A stretch of 64,000 nucleotides of DNA from Eutreptiella sp. 'Long Island Sound 2002'. Its lineage: Eukaryota > Protista > Euglenida. Under the pieces are notes generated by a model. That model worked only from the letters and a program-made list of their open reading frames with translations, ran no database searches and had not been told where the DNA came from. Numbering within the stretch: position 1 is the stretch's first letter; each line of letters opens with the position of its first letter. Shown here piece after piece: positions 24,653 to 38,549 of the stretch. Position numbers and translations under genes: made by a program. The stretch covers positions 150,536,001 to 150,600,000 of the forward strand of contig OZ038378.1 in NCBI GenBank assembly GCA_964036045.1. Reading direction: 5' to 3'.

Positions 24653-27363
24653 GCCCTCCCCCACCAAGTCCAAACATGGCCCAGCTTCAAAGGACCCACT
24701 GTTTTGGGACAAGGGGGTCGGTACGCAACACGAATGTTACGCACAACAATCTTTCAAATCAGTGAGCTGTGGCGAACATAGCGAAATGGACCTGCAACAT
24801 TGTGTAGCACCAAACACACACAGACACACACACACACATTGACAGGAACCAACACTTAGGGCCACGGGCTAATGGTCATTTGTAGTTGAAAAATTAGCCA
24901 CGCCAGGTCTCTTCAGAACTGGAACCGTCAAATTCGTGATTTGAAAATTGATGGCAAGCTGGCGGTGCCACAGGGTGGCCTTGCTTGGAGGGGATCCTTG
25001 CTCTGCACGCGCACATTGCGCGCATTGCGCACTACTTTTAGACTAGGTTCTCCCCGAAGAGCCCCAGGGCACACCCCTTCCAAACGCCCCTAAATTTAGG
25101 TCACCCAAACTAGCCGAGCTGAAGACAAATGCAAGATACCTTCCCTTCACATAAGACATCATGCAAAATGCGGAAAGCCTAGGGTGTGCCCCTACACACA
25201 AAGCCCAATGCTTGCCACAACCCACCATAGGTCAAAGACATGAAAGGAGCTTAAATAGCGCCAATCCTTAGGCTTTCTCTACAAGCAACTCAGCTAACCT
25301 CAGCAGTTCACCCAGGTTGTTCTGGGACAAATATTCGACCACAACAGAGTTCAAACGCCCATCGGGCAAAAAAAATGCAGGCATCCCTGGTGACCCCGTC
25401 CATGCCATACCCTTCCCAGAGGGCAAGGAAGCGCCAACTCTGACAGTAGCAATGGTGGAGTACTGACTTCACCAAGTAGAAGCCTTCCTTTTGTCGCTCG
25501 CTTAATCCACCATTGAACACCATCATTTGGGGGTCAAGAGGGTGAGCTCCAATGCTTTTCTCATGTATATGGAGCAACATCTCAAGGATCTTGTCTTCTG
25601 TTTGTTTGTTCATTTTTGCCACCTCCTCCTCAATACCACCGGAATGTTAACAATAATTGGCCTGGTTTCCTCAACAGCACTAGCACTGGTCACAGCCATT
25701 CATTCCATTAAACACGGTGTGAACTCAGCAGGGAGTACCTCCACGCACCAAAAAAAAATGGGGCAGTGTAGCATGTCCCCATGTCTCTATGTAAGGGCGT
25801 GTTTGGCGATGCAAAGTGTCTCCATGCCCATACATAGGGGCCTTTTTGGCAGCGCAAAGTGAGCCTGGCTACGTAACCCCTACCTTCTCGGGGTCCCCAT
25901 GGTGGGGAGAAATCAAACTAGAAAAAGAGTGGATGTGATGGAACTGAGCGAAAAATGTGTGCAAAAGGGTAGAAATGGGTGAAACAGGGTGAAAATCCAA
26001 AAATGCCATATCCCCAATGCATCAAAACCTACTACCAAACAACAATGATGCCCAGAGTACCACAAAGTATGGGTTTCTACTACGGCCAAACGCCCAAAGC
26101 GCGCGCACTGCGCTTAGGGCGCCCCCTTGGACAAGGGCATCTTAGAGCAAAAGAGGGTGCATCTGAAACAGATGAACCTTTCATATGCAATGGCAAACAT
26201 GAAATATATAGGGATATCTAAAGGATGTGCTTGCTTCTCCTCGAAGGAGAATAGGAACCCGATGAGGTGGCAGGCTTACGTTTTCTTGAATGAAGATGCA
26301 ACACATTGTTGGTCTTGCTGTACAATTTGTCTCCTTCCATCGTATTGGGTGGTCCCGGATCGTATGTGCAGCTGCTCGGGCTACGGAAGCATGCCAGCAA
26401 AGGCCAGAACTTTCCATAACGTGCGTGAGAAACAGGCGTTTTCGTGCAGACATGCATCGACGAGATGAGCGCGATGCTTGAGTGACCCCTTGCAGAGAGT
26501 AGTTTATCCACACCATAGCCGCCGCAGGGTGAGCCTAGGGCAGTGCGGCCCCCATGCACTCCCCCCCCCCCCGTCTCAGCCACCACCGGGGTGCTGTCAA
26601 ACTTAGGATGTTGGTGGAGTACGTGCTGCGGTGCATCAGCATCAGCCTGAACAGCCCGAGTGGGCATTGGGATTCCAAGGCCACGGTTGTGGTTGTGCTG
26701 CTGCTTGATTCCATCGCCGGGCCTTGGCTTCAGGTTCAGCAGTGGGTGACATTGGGAACATCATTGGACGTTTCTCAGCGGAACCCCGACGCTGGCAGCC
26801 ATGCTCTTGCCTTGGTACCCATACGAAAACAGGGTCTCCGCACTTGGTGCACCCACCAGGAAATGTTGTAGAGTACTCATTCCAGCCACACTTTGGGCAC
26901 ATTTTTGTGTCATGAAACGGCATCAGAACCAGCAGATCGTTCCTGGGGCATAAGAAGGACGAGACTTGAAAGCTGGTCAAGAGGCAAAACGACTTGTTAG
27001 CGGGTGTGGGATTTTCGGCTACTTTTACTGTGTGCAGAACCGAAATCCCAACCTAGCCCTGTGACATGCAGTCGCAATAAACACACTCACTTGCCATCTT
27101 AGCACAAACAATCTACTGCACAGAAGTCATACCACTCAGGCGTACGCAGTTCAAGCAACCTACAGAAAACCTCAGTTCCTAAAGCAGAACATCATGACTG
27201 TGGGTAGGATTGTGGGTCGGTTGCTGCAAACCTTGACCCATCCACAGCTGCTCCTTGGCCCCACACATCATGCGTAAGACAAAGACACGAGCACATCATT
27301 ATCCGCCTCGGGGGGGGGGGGGGTCAAAGCACCGCCAAGACTGTTCTCAAACTGCAGCAGCAA

Positions 27364-27364
<1 letters not shown>

Positions 27365-27394
<30 letters not shown>
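27365..27394. repeat. (AAC)10 microsatellite (second copy 33584-33613)
   Basis: Direct reading. Confidence 0.95.
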
Positions 27395-29504
27395 GTTCAT
27401 AACCAGTTCGTGCAATGCACAGACCTTGGGCACCACCCATTTCACTTAACTCCACTGTTTCCCGAGGCTGTACCGCCACAAGTGCCCAGCTCGCCAATTG
27501 AGGCACGTGCGGGTGGGTACTGGTGGTCCCCTTTGTTGGCATCCCAACCAGTGGAGTCGGGGCTGCTTCCTCTGCGTTTGGGCACAAGGTGGAACCTTCG
27601 GTGCGGGTCTACCCCTGCCCTTCTCCAACCGCCCTCCTTCTCCTGCCCTATTCTGCCCTCCTGCTCCTGCCTACCTGCTGTGTGCCCCATGGCTCCCTCT
27701 GAAGCCTAGCATGGCCCTGTGTGTGGGCCCTCTCACCTCACCTGCCCACTATGCCAAAATTGGTTTGCACACAAACATATTCCTAGGACACGGAATTGGC
27801 CAAACCACCTGACAAAGGTGACAAAGTGATCCACTGGCACCATTGATCCCTTTCAACAACAGTCGTGCGATAGCATTTTCATTTGCTCAAAAACGGATGA
27901 AAATCCAAGATCTCGAAAGTCATTTGAAGAATTTTTGTGCCAATCTAATGCCACCCCCCACTCGCCACCCACCTGCCAACGAGGGTAGCTGATTAGATGA
28001 AGAGGTGCAACACGGTATGTGTGTGCATGCATGCGTAGGTGCAGCTAGCGTTTTGACATGGATGGCCACCGCTGTTGATGCTGATCACTTGTGGCAGAAT
28101 AGTGATGTCCGTGGCAAGTCTTGCAGATACCGTATCCAACGCTCGATGGCTCATTTCAGCCACTTCGTACTACCAGTGCCAACAGGTCAGCGGCATAATA
28201 CCCATATCGCATGCCAGTGATGGACATTGCCAAATCCTAAGAACTGTACAGCTTGTGCTCATTGGGGTATCCACCCTTGCCATTGCTCAAGATCAGCGGG
28301 GCAACGTCCCTACACCGCTTTAACCTCACCACACGGCACCGGGTGTCGTTCTACGCTTTCAAAACAGCTGCGTTATGGCGCGATATCAGTCACTTGGGGA
28401 AGCAGTGGCGGCACTTTGTTTTTGCTACAGTCGCCGACCGCCTAGCCCATCTGCCAATCTTTGCCAACGCCGGACGCATTGCAGTCCGCCCTCAGATTGG
28501 GACACCATGAGATAACTTGGGTCCCATTGGTGCAGGAGCACATGTGCGTGCCAAAGTGCTGCCTTGGTCTGTGGTGTGGGTTCTTGGACGTGCTTCTGTT
28601 CTGATTGGCGCTAAAAGGAGGTATATGGCCCCCCATATGGCCCCTTGCTGGTGACGACTAGGACTAGTTAGGCTGTTTAGTGTCACCCGAAGAATTTCAA
28701 ATTCGACGTTTTCTTTTTGAAACCCTTCTGTCGCCCCTGAGATGGGTTGGGGTGACAATATGGGTACTTGATCACTCCTGGGGGCCCACGTAGTGGCTGC
28801 TAGGCCCATGTGGCCAGAGCTATGGGCCCCCAAAAAGCCCCAAAACTGCTGTTGCTTAGGCTATTTTTGAATTTTGAAAATTCGAATTTTCTCTCTCTTT
28901 GAGGTGCTTTGCCGAAGGCCGATTTTCTCCGTGCCCACCCCCCACCCCCTACATACACTTAACCCACCCCCAAGGCACAACTAAAGTTTCTTGCGCAACT
29001 ACAATTTTGTTTGCCCTCGCCTGACCCTGCCCATCACCTGGCACTATCCTCCCATGAACTCACGGACAACACTCATGCTGACAAGTGCATCCATCTTGCA
29101 TCTTGGGTAACGAGTGTACACCCTACCCAAGGCGATCTGAGGGAACAAGTATGGTTGACAGCCCTCTGGGTTGGACATCTGATACCATACCTTGAGGGAT
29201 GCGACGCGAATGACCCCCAAAAGGGGGTATATGGGGCCCAGGCCTACTTGATCTAACAACCCTCTTCGAGGTGATTTCTTGTGCTACCTCCATTTGATCT
29301 CTTTCCGTCAACCTACGACTCAAGAGGCCCACACTGCTTTGGAGTGCCCTGCGTGGCCATCTGTCCTCTTCTGTGTCATTTTTGTGTGCATGATACCATG
29401 TTGGGGCAGGCTGCGGCATTTTGCGTAGTTGGCCTTGCCCTGCCTCTGCCCATCACCCATCCCAACCCTCAACTATACTCATAGTGACCTCACAAACCGC
29501 ACAG

Positions 29505-32500
29505 GCTAACCCTCTAAAAGGCCCCTGAGTGGGCCCCCCAAGAGGCCTCCTAATAGGCCCCCTAATAGGCCCCGCAATAGGAACCCCAATAGGCCGCCCA
29601 ATATGCCCCCAAATAGCCCCCTGAATAAGCCTGATAGGCCCCCCAATAGGCCCCCAATAGGCCCGCTATTAGGCCCCACCATAGGCCCCCTAAATGGCCC
29701 TAAAATACGGCCCCTGATGGCTTCCCTAATAGGCCCCCTAATAGGCCATGTAATAGGCCCCCTAATTGGCCCCCCAACAGGGCCCCCAATAGTCCCACCA
29801 TTAAGCCCCCTAATAGGCCCCCCAATAGGCCTCCCGATAAGCCCCCCAATAGGCCCCCGGATAGGACGCCTAATACACCCCCTGGGACAGCGTTGTGGAG
29901 GAATTTGGGGTTGGGAGAAGCAAAGCCTCAAGAAGACGCACTGCTTTGTGGATGCACATTGATTGTGCAAAGGGCGTGACAGATGAAGCCATATTCATAA
30001 CTATTTTCAATATACACCACCAAACGAGGCCAAAAAAAGCCTAACCTGTGCCAGCCCAAAGACCCCCACTGAAACGAACTCATTTAGGAAAGAGCAGCAG
30101 TACAACAAAGAAATATCTACAACATAATGGAAAACAATGGTATGTACAGTTGTCAGTCAAAGATTTTTTGTTTTGACTGACTCGTTCTAATTGGGATTTG
30201 TAATGTACAACGTTTTTTTTGCAATACCAGTAGCCAGCAGCAGCTCTGTGAAGGTTGAAAGACCCTCATAAGCGTGAGGGTGATATGATGCGATTTGAAC
30301 ACATGTGCACCAACACCGGCCGAACAAACCTAAACCAGAAGGCACCAAATCACTGTCTGATTTGGCTTCAAGTGCAGAACCTACTTCACAAAACCCGTCC
30401 TTCTTCCACTGGTTTGCCTGTTTTCATCAGGTTCTAAATATCAGAAGAAAGACACCGAGTACAACATAGATATACCCCGCCCTCCCTCCAGCCCCCCCTC
30501 GAGCGGCCGCAAGCTGGCAGAGGAGAGGGAGCAGGGGGACATGTTTGTGGCGAGGAATTGTCCATTGGCGCGCGAGTAGTGGTCTGCAGCTGATTTAGGT
30601 GCGGATCGTTGTTGCAACAGGGACCAGGGGGGGGGGGGGGGGCGGATGGGTGGAGAAGGACGGGGCCAGCTGCATAACTCAATCCTGTTCCTGTACAGCA
30701 TGCCGTGATTGCAGGACCAAACAGATTTACAGGGGGCATTTGATGCGACAGCTTGTCCTGAGTAAGATTTTTCTGAGGGGGGGGGGGGGTAGATCAGGCT
30801 GCGCTGACCCCACACGTGTGGAAATTGGTGTTGAGGTACAAGGAATACCCGGATGGGCAATATTCTCCCGCCCTCCCCCACCAAGTCCAAACATGGCCCA
30901 GCTTCAAAGGACCCACTGTTTTGGGACAAAGGGGTCGGTACGCAACACGAATGTTACGCACAACAATCTTTCAAATCAGTGAGCTGTGGCGAACATAGCG
31001 AAATGGACCTGCAACATTGTGTAGCACCAAACACACACAGACACACACACACACATTGACAGGAACCAACACTTAGGGCCACGGGCTAATGGTCATTTGT
31101 AGTTGAAAAATTAGCCACGCCAGGTCTCTTCAGAACTGGAACCGTCAAATTCGTGATTTGAAAATTGATGGCAAGCTGGCGGTGCCACAGGGTGGCCTTG
31201 CTTGGAGGGGATCCTTGCTCTGCACGCGCACATTGCGCGCATTGCGCACTACTTTTAGACTAGGTTCTCCCCGAAGAGCCCCAGGGCACACCCCTTCCAA
31301 ACGCCCCTAAATTTAGGTCACCCAAACTAGCCGAGCTGAAGACAAATGCAAGATACCTTCCCTTCACATAAGACATCATGCAAAATGCGGAAAGCCTAGG
31401 GTGTGCCCCTACACACAAAGCCCAATGCTTGCCACAACCCACCATAGGTCAAAGACATGAAAGGAGCTTAAATAGCGCCAATCCTTAGGCTTTCTCTACA
31501 AGCAACTCAGCTAACCTCAGCAGTTCACCCAGGTTGTTCTGGGACAAATATTCGACCACAACAGAGTTCAAACGCCCATCGGGCAAAAAAAATGCAGGCA
31601 TCCCTGGTGACCCCGTCCATGCCATACCCTTCCCAGAGGGCAAGGAAGCGCCAACTCTGACAGTAGCAATGGTGGAGTACTGACTTCACCAAGTAGAAGC
31701 CTTCCTTTTGTCGCTCGCTTAATCCACCATTGAACACCATCATTTGGGGGTCAAGAGGGTGAGCTCCAATGCTTTTCTCATGTATATGGAGCAACATCTC
31801 AAGGATCTTGTCTTCTGTTTGTTTGTTCATTTTTGCCACCTCCTCCTCAATACCACCGGAATGTTAACAATAATTGGCCTGGTTTCCTCAACAGCACTAG
31901 CACTGGTCACAGCCATTCATTCCATTAAACACGGTGTGAACTCAGCAGGGAGTACCTCCACGCACCAAAAAAAAAATGGGGCAGTGCAGCATGTCCCCAT
32001 GCCTCTATGTAAGGGCGTGTTTGGCAATGCAAAGTGTCTCCATGCCCATACATAGGGGCCTTTTTGGCAGCGCAAAGTGAGCCTGGCTACGTCACCCCTA
32101 CCTTCTCGGGGTCCCCATGGTGGGGAGAAATCAAACTAGAAAAAGAGTGGATGTGATGGAACTGAGCGAAAAATGTGTGCAAAAGGGTAGAAATGGGTGA
32201 AACAGGGTGAAAATCCAAAAATGCCATATCCCCAATGCATCAAAACCTACTACCAAACAACAATGATGCCCAGAGTACCACAAAGTATGGGTTTCTACTA
32301 CGGCCAAACGCCCAAAGCGCGCGCACTGCGCTTAGGGTGCCCCCTTGGACAAGGGCATCTTAGAGCAAAAGAGGGTGCATCTGAAACAGATGAACCTTTC
32401 ATATGCAATGGCAAACATGAAATATATAGGGATATCTAAAGGATGTGCTTGCTTCTCCTCGAAGGAGAATAGGAACCCGATGAGGTGGCAGGCTTACGTT

Positions 32501-33582
32501 TTCTTGAATGAAGATGCAACACATTGTTGGTCTTGCTGTACAATTTGTCTCCTTCCATCGTATTGGGTGGTCCCGGATCGTATGTGCAACTGCTCGGGCT
32601 ACGGAAGCATGCCAGCAAAGGCCAGAACTTTCCATAACGTGCGTGAGAAACAGGCGTTTTCGTGCAGACATGCATCGACGAGATGAGCGCGATGCTTGAG
32701 TGACCCCTTGCAGAGAGTAGTTTATCCACACCATAGCCGCCGCAGGGTGAGCCTAGGGCAGTGCGGCCCCCATGCACTCCCCCCCCCCCCCGTCTCAGCC
32801 ACCACCGGGGTGCTGTCAAACTTAGGATGTTGGTGGAGTACGTGCTGCGGTGCATCAGCATCAGCCTGAACAGCCCGAGTGGGCATTGGGATTCCAAGGC
32901 CACGGTTGTGGTTGTGCTGCTGCTTGATTCCATCGCCGGGCCTTGGCTTCAGGTTCAGCAGTGGGTGACATTGGGAACATCATTGGACGTTTCTCAGCGG
33001 AACCCCGACGCTGGCAGCCATGCTCTTGCCTTGGTACCCATACGAAAACAGGGTCTCCGCACTTGGTGCACCCACCAGGAAATGTTGTAGAGTACTCATT
33101 CCAGCCACACTTTGGGCACATTTTTGTGTCATGAAACGGCATCAGAACCAGCAGATCGTTCCTGGAGCATAAGAAGGACGAGACTTGAAAGCTGGTCAAG
33201 AGGCAAAACGACTTGTTAGCGGGTGTGGGATTTTCGGCTACTTTTACTGTGTGCAGAACCGAAATCCCAACCTAGCCCTGTGACATGCAGTCGCAATAAA
33301 CACACTCACTTGCCATCTTAGCACAAACAATCTACTGCACAGAAGTCATACCACTCAGGCGTACGCAGTTCAAGCAACCTGCAGAAAACTTCAGTTCCTA
33401 AAGCAGAACATCATGACTGTGGGTAGGATTGTGGGTCGGTTGCTGCAAACCTTGACCCATCCACAGCTGCTCCTTGGCCCCACACATCATGCGTAAGACA
33501 AAGACACGAGCACATCATTATCCGCCTCGGGGGGGGGGGGGGTCAAAGCACCGCCAAGACTGTTCTCAAACTGCAGCAGCAA

Positions 33583-33613
<31 letters not shown>

Positions 33614-35725
33614 GTTCATAACCAGTTCGTGCAATGCACAGACCTTGGGCACCACCCATTTCACTTAACTCCACTGTTTCCCGAGGCTGTACCGCCACAA
33701 GTGCCCAGCTCGCCAATTGAGGCACGTGCGGGTGGGTACTGGTGGTCCCCTTTGTTGGCATCCCAACCAGTGGAGTCGGGGCTGCTTCCTCTGCGTTTGG
33801 GCACAAGGTGGAACCTTCGGTGCGGGTCTACCCCTGCCCTTCTCCAACCGCCCTCCTTCTCCTGCCCTATTCTGCCCTCCTGCTCCTGCCTACCTGCTGT
33901 GTGCCCCATGGCTCCCTCTGAAGCCTAGCATGGCCCTGTGTGTGGGCCCTCTCACCTCACCTGCCCACTATGCCAAAATTGGTTTGCACACAAACATATT
34001 CCTAGGACACGGAATTGGCCAAACCACCTGACAAAGGTGACAAAGTGATCCACTGGCACCATTGATCCCTTTCAACAACAGTCGTGCGATAGCATTTTCA
34101 TTTGCTCAAAAACGGATGAAAATCCAAGATCTCGAAAGTCATTTGAAGAATTTTTGTGCCAATCTAATGCCACCCCCCACTCGCCACCCACCTGCCAACG
34201 AGGGTAGCTGATTAGATGAAGAGGTGCAACACGGTATGTGTGTGCATGCATGCGTAGGTGCAGCTAGCGTTTTGACATGGATGGCCACCGCTGTTGATGC
34301 TGATCACTTGTGGCAGAATAGTGATGTCCGTGGCAAGTCTCGCAGATACCGTATCCAACGCTCGATGGCTCATTTCAGCCACTTCCGTACTACCAGTGCC
34401 AACAGGTCAGCGGCATAATACCCATATCGCATGCCAGTGATGGACATTGCCAAATCCTAAGAACTGTACAGCTTGTGCTCATTGGGGTATCCACCCTTGC
34501 CATTGCTCAAGATCAGCGGGGCAACGTCCCTACACCGCTTTAACCTCACCACACGGCACCGGGTGTCGTTCTACGCTTTCAAAACAGCTGTGTTATGGCG
34601 CGATATCAGTCACTTGGGGAAGCAGTGGCGGCACTTTGTTTTTGCTACAGTCGCCGACCGCCTAGCCCATCTGCCAATCTTTGCCAACGCCGGACGCATT
34701 GCAGTCCGCCCTCAGATTGGGACACCATGAGATAACTTGGGTCCCATTGGTGCAGGAGCACATGTGCGTGCCAAAGTGCTGCCTTGGTCTGTGGTGTGGG
34801 TTCTTGGACGTGCTTCTGTTCTGATTGGCGCTAAAAGGAGGTATATGGCCCCCCATATGGCCCCTTGCTGGTGACGACTAGGACTAGTTAGGCTGTTTAG
34901 TGTCACCCGAAGAATTTCAAATTCGACGTTTTCTTTTTGAAACCCTTCTGTCGCCCCTGAGATGGGTTGGGGTGACAATATGGGTACTTGATCACTCCTG
35001 GGGGCCCACGTAGTGGCTGCTAGGCCCATGTGGCCAGAGCTATGGGCCCCCAAAAAGCCCCAAAACTGCTGTTGCTTAGGCTATTTTTGAATTTTGAAAA
35101 TTCGAATTTTCTCTCTCTTTGAGGTGCTTTGCCGAAGGCCGATTTTCTCCGTGCCCACCCCCCACCCCCTACATACACTTAACCCACCCCCAAGGCACAA
35201 CTAAAGTTTCTTGCGCAACTACAATTTTGTTTGCCCTCGCCTGACCCTGCCCATCACCTGGCACTATCCTCCCATGAACTCACGGACAACACTCATGCTG
35301 ACAAGTGCATCCATCTTGCATCTTGGGTAACGAGTGTACACCCTACCCAAGGCGATCTGAGGGAACAAGTATGGTTGACAGCCCTCTGGGTTGGACATCT
35401 GATACCATACCTTGAGGGATGCGACGCGAATGACCCCCAAAAGGGGGTATATGGGGCCCAGGCCTACTTGATCTAACAACCCTCTTCGAGGTGATTTCTT
35501 GTGCTACCTCCATTTGATCTCTTTCCGTCAACCTACGACTCAAGAGGCCCACACTGCTTTGGAGTGCCCTGCGTGGCCATCTGTCCTCTTCTGTGTCATT
35601 TTTGTGTGCATGATACCATGTTGGGGCAGGCTGTGGCATTTTGCGTAGTTGGCCTTGCCCTGCCTCTGCCCATCACCCATCCCAACCCTCAACTATACTC
35701 ATAGTGACCTCACAAACCGCACAGG
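29505..35725 (+). repeat. Tandem segmental duplication, copy 2 (no 1.8-kb insertion); includes the third 12-bp array at 29515-29880
   Basis: Near-identical to copy 1, with only scattered SNPs and 1-3 bp indels. The junction is CACAAACCGCACAGG|CTAAC at 29505. Confidence 0.95.
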
Positions 35726-38117
35726 AATGTTGGTGCTGCCTGATGAGTGAGGCACCAAGAAGGGGCTCCTGGAAGCACAAGCACGACCCAATGCGGCCTT
35801 TGTGGTGTGGGAACAGCACAACTCCATCCGTGAAATGGTCGACGCGTTGGCAAAGGGACATGCATAGGCATGAATATGGCAATCTATGTGGCAAATAAGA
35901 GGCGGATATGACTATCGCGGTCCTCCCTGAGCAAATGGAACAACCGTCGCTCCACAATACTTTGCAGGAATCACCAAGCGGACCGACACAGCACAATGCA
36001 ATGGACCGGGGATGGACCGGGGCCGAGTCCTTTGCTCAAAGCTTCGCAAAGCCCCTGCCACCCCTGGTCCTCTTGAGGGATAGCTCAGCAGAATGGGGAC
36101 CAATTGAAACTGTAGGCAGCAGAGAATTGGACGTGCAGAAGCTGGACCATGATGGCCTCCATGAAAGCACCCAAAATTGGCCATCGAAGAGGACATAGAC
36201 ATAGCCAGCATGGAATCTCGAGGATCCTGAGGGTGAACATGCTGCATGTTCAAATTACCCCCCCCTCCTTGTCCAAGCAACAGTAAATGACCAGAAATTG
36301 ACGGAATCAACGCCTAGTGCTGCTTGGACAAGGGTGTTATTTACGCGCCGCAACTTGCGTGATACACGTGTAGACATGATGTACTATTCTGAAAACCAAG
36401 AGGCAAAACACGCTACAAATGCCCTCTTGGCCAACAGAGCTGCCGTGACACAAAATATGAACTTCGTGCCTCTCAAAACCAAGGCATCACGAAGCACACA
36501 TGGCACACGGTGGAACGAATTGAAAAACGCACCGCCAAAATCAACGGTGCAAAAATTGACGGAACCAACGCCTGGTGTTGCTTGGACATGGGCGTTGCTT
36601 GGACAAAGGGGGGGGTGGGGGTACCAAATGAGACATACATGCAGGTGCAACTGGTGTAGCAATGTCGCTGCCATCAAATACCTTCAACTTCATGGCAGCC
36701 AGGGAGGCCAGTGTCGCCAAGACCGGACGAACCGGTAGTAGTATGGGCTGGTGCGGTAACTTCCTCTCCGCAAGCATGCGGGACCCCACACAATACAGAC
36801 CCGCAACCAAAACCCAGGAAGAATCGCTGCAACACGGTTAGGCCAGCCCTGTGACACGCGGGCAGGCCGGTTTCAAAAGGGAGGGCAGCTCCACGGTGAG
36901 GCACTCCTGCAGGGACCTGTTCCACCACCGGCGAAGGGGGTGGGCGACAGAAAAACTGCCTAAGTATGGAAGTGCAAACAAAAGTTGAAAAAGTCGAAAA
37001 AGATACCACGAGCCTACAGGAAAGGATGCACAACAACACATACCAATGCACTAGAAATGTGGGCAAAGCATGCATGCAACTCACATAAATGCATAACAAG
37101 GCTCATTGTTACGGGTACTAGGCACTACTATGCAGGTTGGGCATGTGCACAGCGCGGGCACAGCGCGCAAAACGCCCCCCATTAGAGACTTCCGACGTAA
37201 CCAGCCTAACTGCGTAGGTGCACGTTTGCAAAGAAATCTGAAAATGCATTTGGTAACAGTAGGTTGTCCGTGGTCCGAATGGCTGATAAACTACAGGTTG
37301 TGTCCCCCACCTGACATAGATTCTTATCTGCCGCTTATGCATGCTGGATCAGCGATTGCACAGTCCTACTGTTGTTCTGACACGAGGTTGTTCTCACAAA
37401 AGGGGGGGGGGGGGGGGGCGACCGTATACAAATATGGGCAATCCTGGCCTCAGAATAAAGTGCACTGTGAACGCTGTCACACTGGCACATATAGACAGGG
37501 GTGAGGGTGAGGGTATTTGTTGACATTGGCAATGGTACACTGCCTTCTTGGACCTATCATACACAACAACTTTGGAACGTCGTGGATGGTATCACAGTGT
37601 GATATCACAAAGGAACAAGTGATGGGTGCTGCACCTGAAATGCCTCATTCTGCAGGTGCTACGGTGGGATCATTTGGGAGCATCGGACAAAGTGGTAAGT
37701 CTGGGAGAAAATAAAGCAACACACTTGAGGGCTCCCTCCTGTGGCAACATATCCGCCCCCCCGAAAATAGAAACGAGCGCAACCCTCGAATGTGAAAAAA
37801 GGCGCCCCACGCAGAACCACATGGCCTCCGCTTCCAAGTTCAATTTGCACGGTGCTCCTCCACAGCCTCCGCCGTTGTCCCACCGAACAGCCGCTTCGGA
37901 TGCGGCTGGCACAGAATGGGCTTTGGGTCAAGTGAGAGCCTAAGGAAAACGGACGCAAACGGACGCTGCCAAACGCCAGAACGGACGTACGAGGACAACT
38001 CACCCCGGAACATGGACACGAAGCCAAAGCGTACACAAGATGTCCGTCATCCTAAGCCTGGCTTGTACCACATTCTATGTCACAACAGCGAACCCCCGGC
38101 CTTGATGTCTCTGCACG

Positions 38118-38549
38118 TCACAGGGAATGCCCCATCATCACCTTCAAGGTCTGCCCCACGCATCGCGCCTGGGCATTGACCTCGTAGCCTCCCTCCAACA
38201 CCAGCAACAACCGCCCCTCACACAGCCGCCAGGCCAAATCCCGCAGCACTGCCGTGAGCTGTGCGTAGCCGCGCTCCGTTACAGTGAAGGTCCCCAACGG
38301 ATCGGCCACGTGCGCATCATATCCGGCACTGACCAGAATGATGCCGGGCCCGAAGGCCTCCGCTGCGGGCACCAACTCCTCCTTGTAAAGCGAAAGCAGA
38401 TCCGCATCCCCCGCCCGTTTCAGAGGGAAATTCATCACATTTCCCTCTGCGGAGCCTGCGCCCCGCTCATGCCTGTGACCGGTGCCGGGGTAATCGCCTG
38501 CGGCATGGGTGTGAAATTGCAGGACCCGGGGGTCCGTCCAGAACGCGGC
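38118..38549 (-). CDS. HDAC-family Zn-dependent deacetylase, exon 2
   Basis: Acceptor CTGCAG|GCC at 38550/38549. Encodes AAFWTDPRVLQFHTH..YPGTG..ERG.G..EG..MNFPL, SAGYDAH..DPLG and LEGGY (catalytic Tyr). Phase 0 joins it to exon 1. Confidence 0.93.
   Translation of the reverse strand, partial: AAFWTDPRVLQFHTHAAGDYPGTGHRHERGAGSAEGNVMNFPLKRAGDADLLSLYKEELVPAAEAFGPGIILVSAGYDAHVADPLGTFTVTERGYAQLTAVLRDLAWRLCEGRLLLVLEGGYEVNAQARCVGQTLKVMMGHSL

Larger units (their letters stand above)
21487..29504 (+). repeat. Tandem segmental duplication, copy 1 (~6.2 kb plus a 1.8-kb insertion)
   Basis: 21487-22852 matches 29505-30877, and 24661-29505 matches 30878-35725 (offset 6217-6220). Many paired ORFs in the track are identical. 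Confidence 0.95.
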
